A stretch of 64,000 nt of DNA from Bugula neritina (taxonomy: Eukaryota; Animalia; Bryozoa): assembly GCA_964035545.1 (NCBI GenBank), contig OZ037765.1:22567504-22631503 (forward strand), given 5' to 3'. Below the pieces are notes generated by a model. It was not told the DNA's origin. It did no database searches and was given only the letters and a program-made list of their open reading frames with translations. A program made the translations under genes and the position numbers. Positions 45,901-63,124 of this stretch are shown here, in pieces; the first letter of the stretch is position 1; each line of letters opens with the position of its first letter.

Positions 45901-48900
45901 CTTGTGGATGTTTCTACCTCCTACATATTCAAAAAATCACCATTTTCGAATTAAATCACAACATATGGGCACATATAATCAGTCAGTGCTACTGTAAGCA
46001 AACGAGTAAACATAAAGAGTTGGTAAAGTTGGTAAGGTAGAGTTATTGCTTACCAGACACCTTCATTGTGAATGGGTCAATGCTGGTTAGATCCAAAGTC
46101 CTAAAGAACTTCCTAACAGATGCCATAAACTATTCCAAATAGTAACACAATAAGTTAGTAAAAGATAAGCTGTCAACAAATAACTTAGACTCACAATATT
46201 CCAGCTACTGTGGCGTTTAAAAACTTCAAGGTAGAGACAACTTCAATTTTCCATGTTAAGTCATAGAAATTCAAGTTTACATAAAAATAAATTATTTATT
46301 AAAATTAATAGAGATGGCTAGAATTACTATGCTAAAAATACTACTCATTATGTTCAATATATTATACTATTAGCTAGTTAAACTATGAGTACAATATACT
46401 GCAACACTCACCGTTGGCCGACCCGTAGGAGGGGTTGTCTGCCCATCAATAAGATCTTGCACTAAGGGGGTCTTATGGTCGGGACTCTTCAGCGAGGCTA
46501 TCACCATTCTCATGCTCCTGTCGTTGTTTTGGGAATTCTTTCCTGATTTGACTATTTGCTGCAGCTTCCCTTTCACTGTGTCTTTAAACCACTTATGATT
46601 TGGACTTTAGCAAAAAAATAACAATGCATTAGCTTTAGCTACCAGTATTGTACAATGGTGACATCTAGTTATTAGAAGTTGGTGAACACCCAGGATTTTA
46701 CACTGGCCTGATTAGAACTCATTTTAAACAGGTTTAATTATTTTGTTACAACCAATCATAAGCAATATATCATATATTTAATACCAGTATTCGATTTAAA
46801 AGGAAGCAGCTGTAGTCTAGGGGTTAGAGCGTTTGCCTAGTAAGCACGAAGACATGGGTTCGAACCCGGACAAAGGCCATTGGTGATGTTGGGAAGAGCA
46901 TCCAGCCATAATTGCTCCTGTGCCTCATTTAAATAAGTCTTTAGCCCGCTTTACCAAAAACCTTTCTATCAAAGGTTTCTCACAGAGATAGCGGCCATAA
47001 ACTTGCGTGAGTTTTATTTGATTTTAAAAAAAATTGTTTCAGAAAGTATATCATGACATCACAAACTTTCAGAACTTTATCCTCAAGCAATAATGTCCAG
47101 CATATAGAGGCCTATCACTGTGATGTCACTGACTGTGGTTAAATTAGACTCAGTATGGTCGAGAATCCCACAAGAACAAACATTATATATACAGCAACTA
47201 TATATCTTAATACATATGTATTACTATACCTATAACCATTCACAGGAATTAACTTGTCCACATATTGCCAATAATTATTGTTTCCCAACTCATGTTTAGA
47301 TTTGAAACTTTCCAGCTTTCCTTTCTGACTTGTTGATGCTTCCTAAACACAATCATAGCAGACTAACTGACAACAGAGAATACAAGCAGAAGGTTTCTGT
47401 TGAGAAAAAATATGCAAAAACTTATACATGCCTTTGAGTCGGCATCCTCTTCCTGTTTGTATTCCGACATCAGTTTCAAAAATGAAACTCCAAAGTTCAG
47501 TTTTCGGCCATAAGGCTGTGAACACACCAGTTTAATTCTATCCCAGGAATGCTGGCTGTATGCAGAATCAAAATCTTCTGCAAGACAAAAACAGTATAAG
47601 CAAGATCTCTATGACTATAGTATAATGTAGCATTAGTTCTCAGTGACGAAGAAAAACCTTCAACAAACCTGTTTTGAACATGCGAACAGCGTGTCTGTTG
47701 GTGGTGTTTCTACTCTCAGCAGCAGACATGAAGGTTGAAGCATTAATAAGTGTATAGTATGAGTTGTCTCCACCACGGGATACCTGAACCTCTATCGTAA
47801 AACTTCCATAATTTCCTACAGCAACACCAAGATGTGTCTTCAATGACACAATAAAATAGTAATATATGCACATTGATGTACTCAAAACTAGTCCGGATAA
47901 AAACATCTGCAATCACAACAAAAAGTTTACTACATTTCTACTAATAAAATACGTGTACAGTATATTATGAATCAGTCATACATGCAAATTGTAGACATAT
48001 GGGGTGCATTGGATGGGCCTTAACTAATTTAAGACTGTAAAGTGTTGTGTAAAGTATCATAAAAATAAATTATGTCAAAATATCTAGTTTATGGTCCATC
48101 ACACAATGTTTCATTAGTATTTAGAGTAGAGCTTACCAATGTCAATGTGAGACAATACGCAGCAGGTTGAGAGTCGAATGACAATCTCAGCGCGCCCCTT
48201 CCGAGCATCGGCTGCTGAGCACAACCACGCATTGTTTTTCAACAAGTTGGCAGCAGGAAATTTATCATCCTGTGACATAAAAAATATAGTTCTCAATTGT
48301 TGATTACTTTAATATTCATATACAAAAAGACAACATAAAATTCCAGTAATTAGGCATATTAAAATACAAGAGATACAAAGAAAATTGCAATTATTGCAAC
48401 ATATTTAGTCATGTTTTTAAAACTAAAACAATTAGATACACTAACTGGGTAAGAAGTAGTATACCCAGGGCCAGTTCAGTCACAGTCACATTTGATTTGT
48501 TAGCTTATTGATATTTTAAAATAATAATATATTTAAATCTAACATTCTTCTTTATAGTTTATGTGAACATTTACTTATATAAAAGTAATCAGAATCGTGT
48601 CATATCAGTATATTTATAATCAGAATAAAACTTTGTAATTTGAGTTTGCTTTATTTTTTCTTTTTTTCTTCAGGCTCATTTTACTTTTTATTTACCAAAG
48701 TGGCGCAATCAAATTTGAAGAAATAATGCAATTTTTGAGTAAATAGATCAATAAATAGGTTATGATACTCAAATTAATTAATATGAATATCAATATGGAT
48801 ATGAGCATTTTAAATTTAATTCAATTTTTGAGATTGATATTTATATTATTATATTAATATTTGTAACTTTTTATAACCAACACTTGGTCAAAGGGCGGGT

Positions 48901-49273
48901 GCCCAGTGACTGTGACAAGTTATAATCATAAAGTGATATTTAAACACAACCGTTCAAGGGGAACCCCTGTTCAAATGAGCAGCAAAACAGCTTACTTTAA
49001 AACACCTTACACCCAGGCCCCAGACATGCCATTAGCCTACTGTAATTTTCTCTGTTCGTCAAACTTTAAAATTAAAATTTACAAAATTTTGGTAATTGAA
49101 ATATTCATAAAGTGATAGAGGGCGAGCTATAGCAATAGGCATAGCTGAACCGGGTAAGATTAAACCAAATCAACTAATTTATAGTCTTATGCCACGTTAC
49201 TGTTAGTAATTATTAGACTTACCTGTGAGCTATAACTTAGAATAGATTCCAGCTTTATCCTTGTCGTAGTCAT
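42911..49273 (-). CDS. XNDC1N: XRCC1 N-terminal-domain-containing protein (XNDC1N-like) with a C-terminal UBZ4-type zinc finger, ~760 aa, 12 coding exons
   Basis: Phase-consistent exons: 49273-49223, 48269-48137, 47815-47669, 47577-47432, 47342-47230, 46604-46412, 46223-46195, 46112-46054, 45789-45649, 45266 (or ~45224)-45105, 44361-43347, 43016-42911. The N-terminus IKLESILSYSSQDDKFPAANLL...SHIDIGNYGSFTIEV...TFMSAAESR...VRMFKTEDF...WDRIKLVCSQPY...FGVSFL matches XRCC1-NTD. 'RMFKxxDF' and the absence of BRCT domains point to XNDC1N rather than XRCC1. The C-terminus is VQCPICQRSFPRDSIEAHASEC. Confidence 0.8.
46802..47017 (+). mobile_element. tRNA-derived SINE, best-preserved copy
   Basis: A-box-like tagtctagggg, B-box ggttcgaaccc, body ggccattggtgatgttgggaagagcatccagccataattgctcc, and 3' ...gatagcggccataaacttgcgtgagtttt. 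Possible TSD gattt(t)aaaa on both sides. Confidence 0.85.
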
Positions 49274-49314
49274 GTCTCTTTGGTGTTGAATACTGAAATA
49301 GTAACACTTATACA

Positions 49315-49810
49315 ATTAATATTACACTAATGTCTAATACCAATACTATTAATATTACTATTACTATTAGTAATAATAACATTAATAGTTAGGCTAGGTG
49401 TAAATCAAAACGTACTAATGATTATTAAATTTAATACTCTATTACATTTACTTTTAATATTACTGTTAGTATTAGACTATTAGTAATAGTAATAGTATTA
49501 GTATTACTATTAGTATAAGCATTATTATCAGTGTACTACAACTAGTACTCACAGTAGTAGTAGTAGTGGTACTACTCACCGTACTAGTAGTAGTAGTAGT
49601 ACAAGTAGTAATACTAATAGTAATAGTAATACTGATAAACTGATAAGGTTAGTTATTTACTTTTAGTAACGCTTATGTTTATACTAATAGCATTATACAA
49701 TAACTAAATATAAAAGTAATACTAATACTAATACTTTACGTAATCATTACGATAATCATAATCCTAATGATAATTCAATAAGACAAGTATAACTAGTATA
49801 ACTATAAGTA
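49315..49810. repeat. Low-complexity TAG/TAA tract in the probable 5' UTR intron of the XNDC1N-like gene
   Basis: tagtaatagtaatagtattag and agtagtagtagt mosaics. Confidence 0.85.
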
Positions 49811-49894
49811 AATTTTCAACTAATAACATTTAAAATGGTTTGTGTATTGAGTATGGCTTCAGGTTTGCTGTGTTTACTTTAGCAAATGTTACTA

Positions 49895-50110
49895 GTACCT
49901 CACATGTACTTGGCAGTGACTTGCTCAAGTCTGACTCCGGGCAACTTTACTTAGTATTTGTCAGTACCCAGTTGAGTTCGTGTTGGTTTCCTCACGTGTG
50001 AAACTCCCGCTTGAACGGTACTCCGCCAATAAACTGCGCCGACCTTCCAGTTTGATGCTTTTTACGAGGTGGGACAACTTTCAATTTGAATTGAAGAGGT
50101 AGCCATTTCA
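49895..50110 (-). promoter_or_regulatory. Promoter and 5' UTR exon of the XNDC1N-like gene with E2F-like sites and an E-box
   Basis: CpG-rich patch. Minus strand has TTGGCGG (~50023-50029) and GCGGGA (~50005-50010). CACGTG is at ~49993-49998 and TTTGAA at ~50085. A splice donor GAG|GTACTA lies at ~49898. Confidence 0.55.
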
Positions 50111-51275
50111 TAACAGTTATTGTTTACTTGTCTCGTGGGCTCTACACAACAGAAGTGTTCAATCAAGGAAGCACCACGGTAGCTTTTTTTATAGAGATAT
50201 TGAATAATAGCCAATGTGCGCATAATGCTCAATACTACAGATATCTCTTTATTCTGTAGATATTGATAGTATCAATTACAAATGCTACATGAACTGTAAA
50301 ACTTGAGTGGAAAATATAGTCTTTATTCAAGGAAAAAAAATCACAACTAATTAATGTTTAAGAATCTCAATTTATAACAATCTAGAATGTTAATATGGAA
50401 CATTAAAAAAGTAATATTAATAAAATAAACAATTATTATCAAAAAAGGAAAGAACTGTAAAGTGTAACAATAAGTATTGATGAGTTAACCAGACATATTC
50501 ACAACTAGTGATATCCAGCTACTATTGTTGGGCAATGTCTGCTATTAGTAGAGTAGAATATCCATACAACAGAAGCCGTAGTGAAAGTTGTCAAGGCTGT
50601 TCTAATGCAGAATGTGTCTAATATTTACAATCCAAACAAAATTAAAAGCTTTCTTCAGTGGTTGTAAACAGCATTTTCTACAAAAAGAAATCATAACAGC
50701 TATAAATCTCTCCGAACATAATATGGTATATATGCAAGTAACTCTGAAATTAGCAACATACAGTGCGCTTAACACTGATCATAGCTTTGCAATTTTTAAT
50801 GCATTGTCACCTTATGTTTGATGAAAAATTATTCTGTTATAAAAGTTTGTTGGACCAAAATGTTGTATTGCATTTTGTTAGGACATGAAGTGTGACATGT
50901 GACCAGACTAACTGCACCACTAGTCAACTTCATATGGTTGTGATAGATAATCCTGTCACAAATTTTCCTGCTGCCCGCTGGCCGTACTGTTTTACTATTA
51001 ACAACATTATCTAAAGTAGTCAGTAACTCACTGTGTATTCTGTACACTAAAAAACTAGCCACTCCGATATTTTAAAAAATCTACATCAAGTCAAAATAAG
51101 TTGAAAATAAAAATTCAGAGTATTGTTAAATATATCCATAGCCGATGTTTTACTCGATTCAACTATTTGTGTAGCCTATTTTTAGATCAAACTGTAACTG
51201 AAATTAATTTCCTACATTAGTAGAAACAGATTATTAATTCATTTAAATTATTAAGATAATTTACAAGCCACTAAT

Positions 51276-56188
<4,913 letters not shown>

Positions 56189-56359
56189 TATCGTCAAGAT
56201 TAGCTAGTTGCCACCAACAAAATGCTAATAAAAATGTAAGTTTCATTATTATTCTACAGAGTTTGGGCGGAGTTACAGCAAGTCAAGTCAATTGTGCAGC
56301 TAGCCAGCTTAGGTTGGGTTATTGTTCAAAGAAAAACCTCTCAAGTCAAGTCGATGTAT

Positions 56360-57040
56360 ATTATTATTATAATTACAATATAAATATTAATGATAATTAT
56401 AATACTAAGATTTGAATAACTGCAATTTTAATTAGTGTTATTGATAAATTTATCATATCAATTATCAATTATTATTATAATTATTGGATTTTATGTTCAT
56501 TTTGATAATCATAAATCTTAATATTGATCATTATCATGATGATAATCAGTATCACTATCACTTCATCATGATCATAATGATAATGTTCAACTTTATACTC
56601 AGAGTCATACTGATAGTGATACTCATAGTCATACTCATTGTATCATAATCATACTGATACTAAATTCAACCATTACTAGTAGTATCAACTAGTACTGGTA
56701 GTAGTATTAACTACTACTATGCCTATTAGTCAGTATTACTATTACTATTAGTATTACTAATACTAATAGTAATAGTATTACTATTAGTATTCATAATGAT
56801 AATCATAATGATAATCAATTTGAATTATCAATTAATTAATTATTATAACATAAGTCATCATTATGAGAATGGATTATCAATTTATTATTATGATTAATAT
56901 TAATATTATTATTATCATTATGATTAACGATTGTGATTATGATTATCATTATGATTATGATAATCATAATAATAATGATTATCATTATATTCATATTGTC
57001 ATTATCATTGACATTATCATAATCATTATGATTATTATTA
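56360..57040. repeat. Low-complexity TAT/TGA/TAG tract upstream of the CDK2 ATG
   Basis: attattatcattatgatt and tagtattact mosaics. Confidence 0.85.
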
Positions 57041-57210
57041 TCTGCTGAATAATTTAATTTGTTGACGCAAAAACATGAGGTTTAACTATTATTGTTATTA
57101 AAATGCAAACATTACCATAATCAATAATGATTATGCTAATGTTTGCATTTTAATAACAATAATAGTTACACCTCATGTTTTTGCGTCAACAAATTAAATT
57201 ATTCAGCAGA
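57041..57210. repeat. 170-bp near-perfect palindrome (83-bp arms, 2 mismatches, 4-nt loop)
   Basis: tctgctgaataatttaatttgttgacgcaaaaacatgagg...attaccataatca [ataa] tgattatgctaat...cctcatgtttttgcgtcaacaaattaaattattcagcaga. Confidence 0.95.
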
Positions 57211-57309
57211 CTATTCAGATTCTGAAGAGCTCAAAATAACGACTAGAAATGATTTTGTGTTCGTCAAATAATAACAGCAACAATCGTAATGATAATTATT
57301 ATTATTAAC

Positions 57310-57505
57310 CATTCACTACGGCTGATCACATTACTGTTCCGACGAATTTCTTTCAACCGCCAAGCGTGACCATGTGACCTATATCATGCTTATATTTTGC
57401 TCTCCAGCCAATCAGAGCGTTCCTTCATTTTAGCAGACTGCGATTCCGAGCCTGAACAGGCGCGGTCACTACAGAAGCTTCTTTATTCCATCTTTGCCGC
57501 CATAT
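57310..57505. promoter_or_regulatory. CpG-rich promoter-like patch, probably the CDK2 promoter
   Basis: E2F-like TTGGCGG on the minus strand (57357-57363), NF-Y box AGCCAATCAG (57406-57415), GGCGCGG (~57459) and YY1-like GCCGCCAT (~57496-57503). Confidence 0.55.
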
Positions 57506-59566
57506 ACAAAATATTTGTTTTAATTTTCATGTAAATCTTTACTTTATATTCAGAAAATAATAGTACTCTACACAAGCTATTTAGTTCTGTGACATAAAAT
57601 AGTTATGGACAGGTACAATATAGGCACATTATAATGCATATAATATCTTTAGCTACAACAACAATGATAATATTCAAATAATATGAAATACACGTTTATA
57701 AGGTATAGCATGGTATCAGATGTAAAATAGTGCTTGAATACATCTACGGCAATGCTACATGATGTACACATGAGAAATATTTCGCAGTTTTTGCTTCTTG
57801 TTTTTATGTAATCATTTTCAAGTGCTTAACTTATGTAAATCTTTATAACTATACAGTTATCACTATACAACTATTTATGATTACCTTTTGTATTATATAA
57901 TAGTTTATTTATAGTATGCAACTCCAAGTGCCATCAGTGTCACATGATAGTTATTATACGATCAAAGTGTATACAGTACCAGTTTATAAGCACTTAAGTT
58001 ACTTAATTAGTTATACTAGCTTACATGAAGTGTCACTTGTGCTCCCCTTACAAACAAAGAAAATAGCTGCAAATAGTTTATTATATTTGATGCCAGAAAC
58101 ATGTTCTATAAATATAATATAGCCTCTGTATATTATTATAACAGAATCTACAGAAGATTGGAGTTGTCTTCCCAAAATTTAGTTTTATTTCGATAGTGGA
58201 GGCAGCAAAACCGAGATCAGTAACACATATTAGAATAAATAATTTTTAATGTGTAAATATTGTAAGAACAGCATTCCAATAAAATTTTTTGCAAAATATA
58301 ATATATGCAAATAAAAATTAAAGGTAAAATACGACCAAAAAAATGTGATTATATAATAATATTGTGATTATAGCATTATAATTTTATATAATACTTCCAT
58401 TTTTAAAAATTAAAGTTGTAGCAGAATAGCTTCTGGTAAAATTTTATGTTATCGATTTACATGCAGCAACAAGTGTCTGAAACCAACGAAGATCTAGCTA
58501 AATAAAACAAGCTAACATGCAATCGATATAATTACATTGTATATGAATTTATACATATATACAGTAGATTGCACTACAGATTTAAAGTTGCTATAAAAGC
58601 GTATTTGAAGGGCATTCATTGAAAAGATGCTAAAAGTTTAACTCAATTTTTTTAGTTTTTCTCAAAGGCACCATAATTGGTCTGTAATATATAATATAAC
58701 AAACATATATGGAAAAGAGTAACTTGAGAGATTGACAAATGAGAAATGCAACTTAGAGGTTGATACTGAGCTAGGAAACTAGACTAGAAAGCATGTCATA
58801 AGTCCATAACAACAATAGCTTTACTTGTTTAAACTTTTTACTATAGTTGAAGTATTTTGAAATTGGAACTTATGCAAATATATATCCATATATTTGTGTT
58901 AACACATTTCACTAATGATCACATATATTTTCTTATTATGTATTTGCATTGAAAAGCAGAAGTACAAAATATAGCATATTATAGTTATGTAAAAAGAAAA
59001 ACTTACTAGGTACAGTCCGAGAAGAACAAATCTTTATAAAGCAAAATAAAATGATGATTACAGTGAGGACTAATAAGTTGTTCAATTAACAAAAATATGT
59101 TTGCAATACTACAGCAACAGCACACTAGAGCTATAAATATAAATAATTTGTGCATGAGCTCACACACTTAACATATTTTCAAAAGTAGCGTGTGGAGTAA
59201 AATTTGGCCTTGCCACGCAAATATAAATCATAAATCCTAAGCTTAAATAAATTGTATATGTATTAAATTATCAATGATAATGCAACTAGTGAAGTTGTCA
59301 TACCTTGGAGAAAGTAATGTATACTCATGGTAACAATAATTAGGATCAAAGCATAATATTGTTGTTATACATATTAAATCAAATAAGCAGAAATGTAACA
59401 AATACAGTACATGCATGATATTGTGTGATTGAAGTCTAGTGGTCACGCAAGAAATTCCGATTGTTATAGTTTTAAAGATTGCTTTAAAGTTTAGTTAAAG
59501 GGATATAAAATGTTTTCCAAGGTAGCAAATGACGAACCATTTATATAACTTTTCACAGCTACAACT

Positions 59567-59704
59567 ATTATGTGTATTGAATTTATCAATTTCGGAAGCA
59601 ATAAGATATATTATGTGTATTAAATTTATCAATTTCAAAAGCAATAAGATACATTATGTGTATTGAATTTATCAATTTCAAAAGCAATAAGATACATTAT
59701 GTGT
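59567..59704. repeat. 43-bp minisatellite, ~3.2 copies
   Basis: Unit attatgtgtattgaatttatcaatttcaaaagcaataagatac is repeated head to tail with few substitutions. Confidence 0.9.
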
Positions 59705-62700
59705 GTTCAGAATGTATGTAAAAGTCATTAGGAGCAGTAGTAGGGCAGTAGCACTAGTTATTTGTAATACCTAGAATGTGTATTTATGGTCAAAGTAAAT
59801 GCAGATGGTGGTAAAGGTACCATTTATAAAGTTACCACAGAAGTTGTCTTTCCATTGAAGCATAAAATATTAGTGCAAGCACTAGTAATGATGTAGCATC
59901 TATAAAATTTTAAACCAAGTGTAGCAGTAGAAAGTTATTGTTGTGTTTTAATATAAACTGAACATAAGATAATACAAAATTATGGTGGAATTCATACAGC
60001 TACTTTAGTACTATATGTTTTAACAGTATAATAATAAGTGGCAATGGGTGTAAAATGTTTGAATGGAATTTCTCGATATACACTGGACATAGAGTGATTA
60101 CGCAATTAAATCAAAGCAAGAATTAATAATCCGTTTGAAGCAGGCTCGCCCCCAATGTTTTGCTATAAGATGAAGTGAGAAGCTATAATTAACTAATATA
60201 TACTTATAAATTACGTAAAAATACTCAGGAAGAAAAAAATGTTGTGTATACTTGTTTATACAAAAAATAGGAAATAGTTACCTGCTAGCTGTTGTCACAC
60301 AGCTGGCACTCTCTCACCTTCTATTTCCACGTTTTACCACTCAAGTTGATTGATTGGGTGATGTCATGGCTGAATTATAATACTAATATTTTCTTGAAAT
60401 CATTGACATTAATCCACTACTTGGAAGTTTATAAAGATGAATTTTCTGGTGGCAACAATTGAAATATGGTGACAAAAAAGCTGCAATTTTCTCGTAGGTG
60501 AGCTAATATAACCATCAACCTTTAAAAGGGCTATATGCTGACAGCTTAGTAGATCATGTGATACTGTCTTTGGCTTGTTTACCAAGAGCAACATGTTATG
60601 TGTATACATTTATCAATGTATGGTATAGGCTGGATGTTGATCGCAGACCAGTTGAGTTGTTGTTTATTGGGTCTATATAGTTTTTCCTGGGTGAAATAAA
60701 AATATATATATTCAAATAAATAAACGTGGAAACTAATCAAAACTCAAATTAGTAATGTGTTTATCTTCTAATGTTTTTAGATATAAAGTGGCCGTGTATT
60801 ATGATACACCCTTCCCTGATTCACAGGTTAACTCATGCATAAGAGTATTTATCCCATGTAGTCTAGCTGTTTACTATGGCACAGTGGCTCTGATTTAACC
60901 ATCTTAGTATACCAGTGCAGACCAGGTTGACCTCAAAATATAGGATCAGATTAAATTGTTATGTTATGTTATGCACACGCATATGCTAGAAAATTTAAAT
61001 GTTTATGATTATATCGATATCTTACCTAATAAGTTCTTATTAGTGTTGCGATAAATTTGTTTTCAAAATGTTTTTAAGTCGTACTGTTGCCAGTATTTTC
61101 AACATTTCACCCTAAAGTTACTCCATTAGTCTGTGAATCATTGAAATAATTAATGAAGAAAAAGCTAGGCGTGAATTTTCAGCTAAAACCTGGTTTAAAT
61201 TTACTTTTCTTTAATATTCATACTACGTAGTCTTAAATTACCCACAGCATATAATATAGGCTACATTCCATTACATCCCATTACATGGTTTGAATGGATT
61301 CATAGGGAATGCTGGTATGGATGAGATGCAGTTTTTGTTAACCTATGGTTGTGGTTTTATTTAATTGACTCTGTCCCCAAACATAGAATGAAAAATTCAT
61401 TGCATAATTCGAATATAGGATTTCTAAGGCTATGGCTCTGTTCATCTGAAAATAGCAGTTTGTCTTACAAAACCATTGGGAAAAAAGTGAAGAAGTTAAA
61501 GGTTAAAATCAAACTTTTATATTTTTAATATAACACCAGCTGTAGTGTAATTAATTAATTTATCATGATAAAAATTTAAAAGCCAGAGTAAGGTTAAGTT
61601 GATGTTTAATATAAATTTGTTTGATCCTATTTTCGAGATAGAAAAAGCCTAATTGGTGTTGTGGCATGCTGAGGATTGTTGAAATACTGCAGATGTTGCC
61701 TTTGATGTGCTGGCCTGTAGAGATAACCTGAGTGCATCTGTGAGCCAGCAATAAGCCCTTCTATAGTCTTCATGTTACAGGATTTAGAATATGGCAGATA
61801 ATAATCTAATATATCTGTGGCGGCCACGTGATTTATGAGCAGTCCTCAGCCGCGACTGAAGGATTTCTTTTCATAAATATTATAAAATTCTTAAAGATAT
61901 TTTATTAAAAAGTGATTACGTACATTAATTGTGTGTATATAGTGTGTCGTTGAAATAAGGCTGAGCTTATGATGTGCTTGTGTATGTGGCATGCGTGTGA
62001 TCTACATACTATATACCCACTGTAAATGCTTATTTGTCTCTAAAGCATTTTACAGTCCCAGCTCTCTCAGCAATTTCTAAAACACATTATAGTTGTACAT
62101 ATACATATTATAATTATATAAACACCTAAAAGTTGCAGTTCAAATGTAAATTGAATGACCAAGCATCATATTTCTGTTTTCTATTCACCAAATATAAGCT
62201 TATAATAAATATAATATTTTTGAGGGAAATATGTATATAATACAATAAAACACAATTGCTGTCTTTCCCATTTCACTTACAGAATTAGATTTTTATCAAA
62301 AAACTGTTGACCATTCAAAATGTAATTTAAAAGTCTATATAAAACAATTAATCCAGTTTTAAATATACAGGTTTTTGCCTATAAGATTATTGCGACATAA
62401 ATGATAAGTTTTGGGTTTTACAAAATTTGCTAACAACTATAGAACAACATAATTTTAATGTGCAAAAACACCCTAAGATGTATTGGTGATATGTCTCCCA
62501 TTACAGAAACTAAGCTTATTTGACTGACCTAAAAGGTAATTGACATTAGCAAGCTAAGACTTCCTTGCCAGAAGCACCTTATAGTTTATAGTACTTTAAG
62601 ATATTACCTTCACAAAAATGTCCGTGTTTCAAAAATCTAACTGATTTAAGTTCAAAGTTAATATATGCATATATGTATACTTTAAGTGTTAATATGTAGA

Positions 62701-62708
62701 TCTAGCTA

Positions 62709-62930
62709 GCAGCTTTTTAGAGAGCAGTTGAGGTTAGAGCGCATGGGTTAGTAAGCACAAAGTCATGGGTTCGAACCCCAGCAAAGGCCATTAGTGATGT
62801 TAGGAAAAGCATTCAGTCATGATTGCTCCTGCGCCACATATGGATAAGTCCTTGGCCAGTTTTTTAAAAAAATCTTTCCACCAGGGGTTTCTCACAGGTA
62901 TAGCGACTATAAACTTGAGTGAGTTTTTAT
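62709..62930 (+). mobile_element. tRNA-derived SINE copy
   Basis: ggttagagcg...gggttcgaacccc (B box), ggccattagtgatgttaggaaaagcattcagtcatgattgctcc, and 3' ggtttctcacaggtatagcgactataaacttgagtgagtttt. Possible TSD tagctag. Confidence 0.85.
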
Positions 62931-63124
62931 ATAGCTAGAAGTTTGATGCAGCCTTTGTTTAGTCACTGAAAGCTTTTATCCAGCTTTGCTCCAAGCTGCT
63001 GTTGCCTACCTCAATGTTTTGCCAGCTAAAAACTTGCCAAGTCTGATTCACCACAAACCTCATCAAATAGTGTCTATGCCAAGTTAAATTATTTTTAAGA
63101 TATTATATATTTCTCATAGAAATG

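Noticed and set aside
46802-46880. tRNA gene (A and B boxes present; also at 62721)
   Set aside because: There is no closed acceptor stem, and the sequence continues into a body shared by four dispersed copies, so it is a SINE.
42911-49273. Calling the gene XRCC1
   Set aside because: No BRCT domains were found, and the NTD residues fit XNDC1N better.
59567-59704. CRISPR-like array
   Set aside because: The units are head to tail with no unique spacers, there are no cas genes, and the context is eukaryotic. It is a minisatellite.
61627-61827. Short ORF, or a possible GPCR TM3 relic (L*R*PECICEP on +)
   Set aside because: Too short and degenerate, and the motif spacing is off by one residue.
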